64,000 bases of DNA, taken from NCBI GenBank assembly GCA_903828645.1, contig CAIKNA010000338.1:1468-65467 (forward strand), given 5' to 3'. Below are positions 45,625-53,533 of the stretch, in pieces. The notes below the pieces were generated by a model, which did not search any database, was not told the origin of the DNA, and was given only the letters and a program-made list of their open reading frames with translations. The DNA comes from an uncultured Bacteroidales bacterium (lineage in GTDB: Bacteria > Bacteroidota > Bacteroidia > Bacteroidales > FEN-979). Within the stretch, counting starts at the first letter, position 1; each line of letters starts with the position of its first letter. The position numbers were made by a program, and so were the translations under genes.

Positions 45625-47538
45625 ATGCCAAAAATAAATTATGCTGTTTTACTTTCTGTTACAGCATTCATGCTGATAGTGACCATCAACCGGGCTCAGA
45701 CATTGAGCCCGGTTGACGGCCCTGATATCCAGTATCATGGTGTTTTGAAAAAGCAGGGGCCGGCTGGAACTACCTATTATCTGGATGCCACCGGTGGTAA
45801 TGATGCCGACGGGGGAACATCCCCTGCAACGGCATGGAAAACGCTTGCGAAGGTGAATGGGACAACATTCCTGGCGGGGGACAATCTCCTCTTCAAAGCC
45901 GGGGAGGTATGGACCGGAAGGCTTAATCCGAAAGGTTCAGGAAATTCGGGAAATCCGATCATCATCGACATGTACGGTACCGGGAGCAAACCTTTGATCG
46001 ACGGCAACGGCATGACCGGCACAGGCGTAGTTTACCTCTATAACCAGCAATACTGGGAGATCAATAACCTGGAGATAACAAACAATGCAGCGTCCGGGGA
46101 TGACCGTCGCGGTGTGCGGATTGAAGCTAAAAATTTTGGCACTGCCAGCCATATTTATTTAAAAAACCTGAATGTTCACAACATAAAAGGGCTGGTAGGA
46201 CAGGGGAGGCCTGAAAAGAGGACAGGTGGTATCGGGTTTGCCATTGTGAGCGTATCTTCCCAGGATACCCATTTCAATGACATCCTTGTGGAAAACTGCT
46301 TGGTCACCTCCTGCGACAACCAGGGAATTATTACCGAATGTGTTACAGGCGATGGCTTTGCTCCATACTCAGCCGAGTGGAACTCAATGAAAATAACCAA
46401 TGCCGTCATCCGCAACAACACCATCTCCGATATTTCGAAGAATGCCATGATCATCCGTTTGTTTGAGGGAGGGGTGGTTGAACATAACCTCTGTTTCAAT
46501 ACTGCCAATGGGATCAGCGGGAATACCATCTTCTCGGCAGCCTGTTCCGGGACTGTTTTCCAATATAATGAAGGGTATGCGAACCATTCGCCCGATGCCG
46601 ACGGAAGCTTATACGATGCCGACCTCCGTTCGCCAAACACCTATTGGCAATACAGCTACAGCCACGAAAATGCACACGGACTTTTCTGGACCTGTACCGA
46701 CCAGGCAGACGATCATGTTGTTTGCAGGTACAACATCAGCCAGAACGATCAGGGAATTATTTTCTGCATCAACTATCCGGTGACATCAGTCAGCGTTTAT
46801 AATAATACGGTATACTGCGACGCAGATCTCTCCCCCATTATCATTTCGGAGCGGAACAATGGAGGAAGCGGCACCAGGACCTATACTTTTAGCAACAACC
46901 TGATCTGTAATATGAGCGCGACGGCCAGTTACGACTTTACACCGGATTATATCAGGACGATCGACTACAATTGTTTCTGGGGTCTGCATCCGGCGAACGA
47001 ACCTGCTGACCCTCACAAGATCACCTCCGACCCCAAACTGGTGAATCCCGGCAGCGGGGGCAATGGTTTGACTACAGTAACCGGGTATCAGTTGCAGGCT
47101 AACTCATCCTGCATCAATGCGGGAACAGTGATCACAGATAATGGCGGCAAAGACTTTTGGGGAAACCCACTTTATAATGGGGTTCCCGATATCGGCGCTC
47201 ATGAGTATGCCTTGTCACCGACGGGGATTGGTGGTGATCAGGAATTTCACTCTGATCAGGACCGGTCATTGTTTAAAGTTTACCCTTGTCCCACTTCAGG
47301 CCTTCTTACCATTGAACTCAGGGATATGGCCGGAACTTCCGGGGTTCACGCCGAAGGTCATAGGGTCAATGGAGATATGGCTTTTTCTGTAGATTTTTGC
47401 AGCGGGCTGAAACATAAACTATCTTTAACAAATTTTCCTGACGGGATCTATCTGATCCATTTGAGCGCAGGTGAAAAGGCAGAAACGATCAGGATAATAA
47501 AACAACAATGGGCAAAATATTACTTTCAGGGTTACTGA
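45625..47538 (+). CDS. T9SS cargo: right-handed parallel beta-helix protein (close paralogue of the core of 48502-51330) + type-A CTD
   Basis: 637 aa with a signal peptide. Core reads YYLDATGGNDADGGTSPATAWKTLAKVNG...LFKAGEVWTGRLNPKGSG...NQGIITEC...DADGSLYDADLRSPNTYWQYSYSHENAHGLFWTC...DIGAHEY. The CTD reads FKVYPCPTSGLLTIEL...GIYLIHLSAGEKAETIRIIKQ. Confidence 0.8.
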   Translation: MPKINYAVLLSVTAFMLIVTINRAQTLSPVDGPDIQYHGVLKKQGPAGTTYYLDATGGNDADGGTSPATAWKTLAKVNGTTFLAGDNLLFKAGEVWTGRLNPKGSGNSGNPIIIDMYGTGSKPLIDGNGMTGTGVVYLYNQQYWEINNLEITNNAASGDDRRGVRIEAKNFGTASHIYLKNLNVHNIKGLVGQGRPEKRTGGIGFAIVSVSSQDTHFNDILVENCLVTSCDNQGIITECVTGDGFAPYSAEWNSMKITNAVIRNNTISDISKNAMIIRLFEGGVVEHNLCFNTANGISGNTIFSAACSGTVFQYNEGYANHSPDADGSLYDADLRSPNTYWQYSYSHENAHGLFWTCTDQADDHVVCRYNISQNDQGIIFCINYPVTSVSVYNNTVYCDADLSPIIISERNNGGSGTRTYTFSNNLICNMSATASYDFTPDYIRTIDYNCFWGLHPANEPADPHKITSDPKLVNPGSGGNGLTTVTGYQLQANSSCINAGTVITDNGGKDFWGNPLYNGVPDIGAHEYALSPTGIGGDQEFHSDQDRSLFKVYPCPTSGLLTIELRDMAGTSGVHAEGHRVNGDMAFSVDFCSGLKHKLSLTNFPDGIYLIHLSAGEKAETIRIIKQQWAKYYFQGY

Positions 47539-48491
47539 TGATATTGCTTTCGGAAGCGCATTGCAGTACTTCTCCGTATCGTCAGGTAACACCACCCGCC
47601 GATACATCCAGGGTGGCATCCTTGAACGGGGAATGGATCATCCTGTGTGAATTTATGTTGCAGGCACGGTCGCAACGAACAATTATCATCAATTATTTTC
47701 GCAACAGGTACGGAGTCGAATACAGTAATGACTTCTGGTCAGGAAAAATTGATGGCACAACACCCATGGATGTATTAAAAAAAAAAGTTCTGGATACACT
47801 CGTCCAGATCAAGGTTCAGCAAATCTGCGCCCGGAATGCCGGGCTCATCGCCGACATCAGTTATGAGGCCTTCCTTAAGGCACTGGAAACAGAAAATCAA
47901 AGACGGTCATCAGCCAAAGCATCCGGCAGAATAATCTATGGGCCGGTGCGATATACCGAAGAGGTTTACTATAATTACCTGTTCACTAATTTGGTTAACA
48001 GGCTGAAGGAATACCTGGCCGGGACGGTTTTTAAAATCACGGAAGAAAAACTGAAAGAAGTGTATGATAAGGAGAAGGACAGCCTGTACCGGAAAGGTTT
48101 TGTCACTATAGTTGCCCTGAAAAAATTGAGGCCATTTAAAAATGCCGTCAGTGATGACAATGCGCAGACAGGGACGGATGCAGAAAACACCCTGGTTTTC
48201 AATGATTCCGTTTATTCCCCGGAAGAGGGTGATCCATTCAGGTCGATGGTAAGGGAAACTTCAAGCAAACTTGCAAAAGGGCAATCCAGTAAGAAAATTG
48301 AATTTGGCGGTAACTGTTATATTGTCACAGTAAAGGAAAAAACATCATTGGGTTTCCGTTCTTACGACCAATGCAAATCCCTGGTCAGGAATCTCCTTAC
48401 CGGTCGCATGTATGAAAACTATATCCGGGACCTGGTAAAAAAGGCCACCTGTGAAACAAACATGGATGTTTACGAAAATATACAATTTTAA
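47508..48491 (+). CDS. Hypothetical exported protein, mostly helical; possibly SurA-N/PpiD-like chaperone without a rotamase domain
   Basis: 327-aa ORF. MGKILLSGLLMILLSEAHC is a signal/lipobox-like leader. It overlaps the upstream gene by 31 nt. The alternative ATG at 47538 would give a TGATG stop/start overlap. The functional guess rests only on weak resemblance (..DVLKKKVLDTLVQIKVQQ.., charged helical repeats). Confidence 0.5.
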   Translation: MGKILLSGLLMILLSEAHCSTSPYRQVTPPADTSRVASLNGEWIILCEFMLQARSQRTIIINYFRNRYGVEYSNDFWSGKIDGTTPMDVLKKKVLDTLVQIKVQQICARNAGLIADISYEAFLKALETENQRRSSAKASGRIIYGPVRYTEEVYYNYLFTNLVNRLKEYLAGTVFKITEEKLKEVYDKEKDSLYRKGFVTIVALKKLRPFKNAVSDDNAQTGTDAENTLVFNDSVYSPEEGDPFRSMVRETSSKLAKGQSSKKIEFGGNCYIVTVKEKTSLGFRSYDQCKSLVRNLLTGRMYENYIRDLVKKATCETNMDVYENIQF

Positions 48492-48501
48492 CTCTTGATA
48501 A

Positions 48502-51330
48502 ATGACAGGAAGACCATTACTGCCCAAAAGTTTCATGACGATTTTGTTTCTTATCTCTGCGATTTTTATGACCGGAATCTCTGGTCAATCGCAAACATTC
48601 AACCCCGTTGCCGACTCCTATATCCATGACGTAAATCCAACAACAAATTATGGCACCTCCGTGGATCTTTACGTGAAAAAAGGAACTGCCTCCAACTTCA
48701 GGAAAGCATATATAAAATTTGACCTGAGTGCTGCGGGAATCAGTATCATTAACAGTGCCATCGTCAGAATGTATGCAACCAATTCAACGGCCATCGTCAT
48801 GAATGTACACCAGGTCTCCGATGGATGGACCGAAACGGGAATTACCTGGAACAATGCCCCGGCTGAAGGTGCCATTATCAATTCTGTTGCACTGCTTGCC
48901 TCTCCGGGTTATTACGAATGGGATATCACTTCCTATGTTCAAAGCCAATTTGCAGCAAGTGATAAATTGATCAGTCTTGTTTTTTATTCAGCAACCATAA
49001 GTTCGCCTTCAATTATATTCAGCAGCAGGGATGCTTCTGTAAATAAACCGGAACTGGTTATCAACGGTAACATCACCGCTCCTGCCGCACCGACAGGTCT
49101 TGTGGCGACTGCTGTTTCAACCAGCCAGATCGACCTGGTGTGGGCGGATAATGCGACCAACGAATCAGGCTATAAGATTGAAAGCAAGACCGGTTCTGAC
49201 CCATTTACAGAAATTGCCAGTATTGGCGCCGGTTCGGCCTCCTGGTCAAATACCGGACTGCCTTTAAACACTGCAGTGACTTACCGGGTGTATGCATACA
49301 ATGGGGCAGGAAATTCCAACTATTCCAATGAGGCCACGGCGACAACCATGAGCCCGGGAATTACAACTTACTTTGTTGATGCCACCGGCGGAAATGATGG
49401 AAACAGTGGATTATCTCCGTCAATGGCATGGAAATCACTTGCGAAGGTTAATGGAATTACGTTTAACCCGGGCAGCAGGATTCTTTTTAAGGCCGGAGAA
49501 GTATGGACCGGAAGACTCTATCCGAAAGGATCGGGATTAGCCGGCTATCCTAATTCCATCGACATGTATGGTACGGGAACCAAACCCATCATCAATGGAA
49601 ACGGCTTGACCGGAACCGGGGTCGTTTACCTTTACAACCAGCAATACTGGGAAATCAGCAACCTCGAGATCACAAATGATGCAACTGCCGGAGATGACCG
49701 TCGGGGTGTACGAATTGAAGCAGAAAACTTTGGCACGGCCAACCATATTTATTTAAAAAACCTGGCCATTCACAACATCAAGGGACTGGTAGGGCAGGGC
49801 CGCACTGAAAAGAGAACCGGAGGAATCGGCTTCGCCATTGTGGATGTTTCCATCCAGGAGACCCATTTCAATGACATCCTGGTTGAAAATTGTGTGATCA
49901 CTTCATGCGATAACCAGGGTATCATCACGGAGTGCGTAAGTGGTGATGGCTTCGATCCATATTCTGCCGAGTGGAATGCCATGAAGATCACCAATGGGGC
50001 AATCCGGAACAATACCATTTCAGATATTTCCAAGAATGCCATGATCATCAGGTTGTTCGAAGGAGGTGTGGTAGAGAATAACCTTTGTTACAACACGGCC
50101 AACGGGATCACCGGCAACACCATCTTCTCCGCCTCATGCTCCGGAACAGTGTTCCAGTACAATGAAGGCTACGGGAATCATTCACCAGATTATGACGGAA
50201 GCCTGTACGATGCTGATCTCCGATCGCCCAATACCTATTGGCAATACAGTTACAGCCACGACAACGCACACGGTCTGTTCTGGACCTGCACCGTTCAGGC
50301 CGATGTAAATGTAGTATGCCGTTACAATATAAGCCAGAATGACCAGGGGGTGATCTTTTGCATCAACTACCCGGTTACTTCCATCAAGGTATACAACAAC
50401 ACAGTGTATTGTCCTGCAAACCTTTCACCAATCATCATTTCAGAGCGGAATACCGGCGGCGGCACCAGGACCTACACCTTTAATAACAACCTGATTTATA
50501 ATTTAAGCCCCTCTGCCAGTTATGACTGGACTTCGGGTTATAACCGCACCATCGATTATAATTGTTTCTGGGGGATCCACCCGTCAACCGAACCATCAGA
50601 CCCTCATAAGATCACTGCCGACCCGAAATTGGCCGGCGCGGGAAGCGGGGGCATCGGTATCAATTCCGTGGACGGATATAAACTTCAGTCAAATTCATCG
50701 TGTATCAGCAAGGGAAAAGTGATTTCCGGGAACGGTGGAAAAGACTACTGGGGAAATCCACTCTACAATGGATTGCCGGATATCGGGGCTCATGAGTACA
50801 CCCAGCCGCCTAATGCACCCACGAATCTGACTCCCGTGGTCGTATCCCCCGGACTGATCACGTTAAACTGGACGGATAATTCCCTCAATGAGACCGGATT
50901 CAGGATCGAACGCAAGAATAACAACGGGTCCTTTTCATTGATCGGCACTGTTGGACCGGATATCAGCACTTTCAGCAATACAGCGATTTCGCTCGATACT
51001 GCCTATGTTTACCGCGTGTGTGCCGTCAATACCGCGGGGAATTCAGGGTATTCAAATGAATCGATGGCTACCAACCAATGGACAGGAACGACCGATTCTG
51101 ACTGGTCGAACGGGAACAACTGGGCGGCGGGGGTAATGCCTGATACCGTAGCTTATGTTACAATCGCCCCATCATCCAACAACCCGGTCATTGTTTCCAT
51201 GGTTACACTCAGGAGCCTGCGGATTGCCCCGGGTGCTTTGCTGACAGTCATGATCTATGGAACCCTTGTCATCAATGATAATCTGATCATTTCAGGTGAA
51301 ACGGATCAGGGAAATACCGGATCTGACTGA
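48502..51330 (+). CDS. Secreted DNRLRE domain + FN3 + right-handed beta-helix + FN3 + C-terminal 'WTG..DW..G.NW' module; no T9SS CTD
   Basis: 942 aa. The alternative start at 48535 gives MTILFLISAIFMTGISGQ. The DNRLRE-type part reads ADSYIHDVNPTTNYG...RKAYIKFDL...ITWNNAP...YYEWDITSYV. The FN3 parts read LVWADNATNESGYKIES and LNWTDNSLNETGFRIERK. The beta-helix core matches 45625-47538 at most positions. Confidence 0.8.
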   Translation: MTGRPLLPKSFMTILFLISAIFMTGISGQSQTFNPVADSYIHDVNPTTNYGTSVDLYVKKGTASNFRKAYIKFDLSAAGISIINSAIVRMYATNSTAIVMNVHQVSDGWTETGITWNNAPAEGAIINSVALLASPGYYEWDITSYVQSQFAASDKLISLVFYSATISSPSIIFSSRDASVNKPELVINGNITAPAAPTGLVATAVSTSQIDLVWADNATNESGYKIESKTGSDPFTEIASIGAGSASWSNTGLPLNTAVTYRVYAYNGAGNSNYSNEATATTMSPGITTYFVDATGGNDGNSGLSPSMAWKSLAKVNGITFNPGSRILFKAGEVWTGRLYPKGSGLAGYPNSIDMYGTGTKPIINGNGLTGTGVVYLYNQQYWEISNLEITNDATAGDDRRGVRIEAENFGTANHIYLKNLAIHNIKGLVGQGRTEKRTGGIGFAIVDVSIQETHFNDILVENCVITSCDNQGIITECVSGDGFDPYSAEWNAMKITNGAIRNNTISDISKNAMIIRLFEGGVVENNLCYNTANGITGNTIFSASCSGTVFQYNEGYGNHSPDYDGSLYDADLRSPNTYWQYSYSHDNAHGLFWTCTVQADVNVVCRYNISQNDQGVIFCINYPVTSIKVYNNTVYCPANLSPIIISERNTGGGTRTYTFNNNLIYNLSPSASYDWTSGYNRTIDYNCFWGIHPSTEPSDPHKITADPKLAGAGSGGIGINSVDGYKLQSNSSCISKGKVISGNGGKDYWGNPLYNGLPDIGAHEYTQPPNAPTNLTPVVVSPGLITLNWTDNSLNETGFRIERKNNNGSFSLIGTVGPDISTFSNTAISLDTAYVYRVCAVNTAGNSGYSNESMATNQWTGTTDSDWSNGNNWAAGVMPDTVAYVTIAPSSNNPVIVSMVTLRSLRIAPGALLTVMIYGTLVINDNLIISGETDQGNTGSD

Positions 51331-51566
51331 AGAGTTATACGTTTTGATTGCCAAAGAAACCCTTATGAATAGGAAAGAAACCAGTTTCACCATTTCAATG
51401 GGCTACCTTTGTTTCTTTAGAATATCAGTAAAGATTATGAAACATAAGAAACTCATTCTCTGGCAATCGCTCCTGATCGTATTGTTGCTGATCATGGTGC
51501 TTTTTATTATTTCAGTGATATAAACGGCGTACATATTTTTAAAATTACTAATCAAATTCAAGGAAT

Positions 51567-53510
51567 ATGAAAAGATCTTTACAATTTAGTTTCGGTATAA
51601 CGCTGTTTTTCATGATGGTAGTTGTCCATCCACTTGCAGCCCAGATACTCATGCTGGACAATTTCGATTATCCGGCAGGTGACTCGTTGACCAAGCACAA
51701 CTGGATCCAGCAGTCGAACACAACGACATTTCCTTTGATGGTGTCGAACGGGGGACTAACCTATTCAGGGTACATCGGGTCAGGCATAGGAAATGCAACA
51801 ACCTTGGGAGTTGAAGGCCAGGACGTTTTCCGTGGTTTTGTAAAGCAGACGCTGCCAGGCACACTTTACCTGACCTGCCTTGCAAAAGTGATCACGGCGA
51901 CAACTGCCGGCGATTTCTTTATCTCATTCAAGGAATCAGCCACCTCCCCGACAAATGTCAACTACCGGGGAAGGGTTTGGGTGAAGGCTGATGCATCAAA
52001 CCATCTTGCATTCGGCGTTACCAAAGGTGCAATGACGTCTCCAATGGTTCCCAATTATACAGGGTTTACCTATAACTTAAATACCACCTATCTTCTGGTT
52101 ATGAAGTTTACCATCGTAGAAGGAACCGTCCCCAACGACAGTGCACAACTGTTTATCGACCCGGTTATCGGAAATCCCGAGCCTGCTGCTTCGGTTATTT
52201 GCCCTGATGTCAACTCTGGGAGCGATTTGGGTCTTGGATCCGTTTTATTAAGACAGGGAACCAACGGGTCATCCCCCAGTGTAATGATAGATGGCATCCG
52301 GGTGTCAAAAAGCTGGCAGTCTGCTATCACGCCAAGCAATGTCTCTACGCTCAGCAATTTGCAGGTCGACGGCACCACGGTAACCGGCTTTCTGCCCAAT
52401 GTGTTTACCTATAATGACACGGTTCCATTCGGTCAGCCTACGGTTGCAGTAACTGGCACCACAACCTGCATCATGGCGAACATGATTGTCAATACGACAA
52501 CGTCAATCCCTGGAATATCGACGGTGGTGGTAACTGCGGAGAATGGAACTTCCACCAGCACCTATACGATCATCCATTCATATTTCTTTTACACGGTCAA
52601 CCTGACAGTAAACCCGGTTGGAACCGGAACGGTGTCGGGGGGCGGGGTGTTGCCATGGGGGATTCCGGCAACGGTTACAGCCACACCAAACACAGGGTAT
52701 GGCTTTATGAACTGGACAGAGTATGGAACAATTGTCAGTACAAACCCAAACTATACTTTTAACCCGGTGAACAATACGGAGTTAGTTGCTAACTTTGGCC
52801 TGCTTTACCAGATAACTGCTACCGCTTCTCCTGCAGCCGGAGGTACCATCACAGGGACCGGTCCGGTGGTTTCGGGCGGAACAGCAACGCTTACCGCAAC
52901 CGCACAAAACGGATATATTTTCGACAACTGGACAGAAAACGGCAGTGTGATCGGTACATCGCCTGCTCTTGTGCTAACGAACGTAACGGCAAACCACGAT
53001 GTAGTGGGACATTTTCTTCAGAGTTCCAACACCTTTACTGTTTCGGCCACGGCGAATCCACCGGCAGCCGGTGTGGTTACCGGATCGGGGAATGTGCCGG
53101 CAGGCGGAAGCATCACGCTCAGTGCTTCCCAGAATTGGGGCTATGTATTCGTGAACTGGACTGAAAACGGCAACGTGCTTGGAACTTCAAATTCGCTGAC
53201 ATTCACCAATGTACAGACAAATCATTCAGTCATTGCCAATTTCCGTCAAGTTGGCGTAGGACTTGAAGATCATTCAATTTCGGGAATCGAGGTATTTCCG
53301 ACCTTTGCAGGGAATGACGTGTATGTAAAAAGCCAAAACCGGATGGATGAGATCCAGGTAATTGACCTCGAAGGCAAACTGGTATGGAAGGAGAGACCCG
53401 GAGGAAACAGCGCCACTATCTCCATCTCGATGTGGAACAGCGGGGTTTACCTGGTGAGGGTCATATCCGGAGACCAGGTGTTTACCAGGAGAATCATCAA
53501 AGGGAAATAG
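51567..53510 (+). CDS. T9SS cargo without recognisable catalytic domain: N-terminal beta-sandwich-like region, cadherin-like module, 3 InlB-B-repeat-like units, type-A CTD
   Basis: 647 aa with a signal peptide. The cadherin-like part reads STLSNLQVDGTTVTGF...VVVTAENGTSTSTYTI. Three roughly 70-aa repeats follow the pattern Y.V...A.P...G.V.G.G......T..A....GY.F.NWTE.G......P...F. The CTD reads IEVFPTFAGNDVYVKS...GVYLVRVISGDQVFTRRIIKGK. Confidence 0.75.
   Translation: MKRSLQFSFGITLFFMMVVVHPLAAQILMLDNFDYPAGDSLTKHNWIQQSNTTTFPLMVSNGGLTYSGYIGSGIGNATTLGVEGQDVFRGFVKQTLPGTLYLTCLAKVITATTAGDFFISFKESATSPTNVNYRGRVWVKADASNHLAFGVTKGAMTSPMVPNYTGFTYNLNTTYLLVMKFTIVEGTVPNDSAQLFIDPVIGNPEPAASVICPDVNSGSDLGLGSVLLRQGTNGSSPSVMIDGIRVSKSWQSAITPSNVSTLSNLQVDGTTVTGFLPNVFTYNDTVPFGQPTVAVTGTTTCIMANMIVNTTTSIPGISTVVVTAENGTSTSTYTIIHSYFFYTVNLTVNPVGTGTVSGGGVLPWGIPATVTATPNTGYGFMNWTEYGTIVSTNPNYTFNPVNNTELVANFGLLYQITATASPAAGGTITGTGPVVSGGTATLTATAQNGYIFDNWTENGSVIGTSPALVLTNVTANHDVVGHFLQSSNTFTVSATANPPAAGVVTGSGNVPAGGSITLSASQNWGYVFVNWTENGNVLGTSNSLTFTNVQTNHSVIANFRQVGVGLEDHSISGIEVFPTFAGNDVYVKSQNRMDEIQVIDLEGKLVWKERPGGNSATISISMWNSGVYLVRVISGDQVFTRRIIKGK
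52590..53243 (+). repeat. Three in-frame tandem InlB-B-repeat-like coding units (~70 aa each)
   Basis: The units are YTVNLTVNPVGTGTVSGGG...NWTEYGTIVSTNPNYTF, YQITATASPAAGGTITGTG...NWTENGSVIGTSPALVL and FTVSATANPPAAGVVTGSG...NWTENGNVLGTSNSLTF. Confidence 0.75.
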
Positions 53511-53533
53511 TAACAACTTAAAAAAAAATTGAT

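Noticed and set aside
51296-51436. Possibility that 48502-51330 continues into a T9SS CTD through a frameshift (ORF 51296-51523 overlaps its end)
   Set aside because: None of the three frames downstream of 51330 shows a CTD-like sequence (no ..PNP...-type start, no terminal beta-strand pattern). The only structured element is the 28-aa hydrophobic mini-ORF, which is reported separately.
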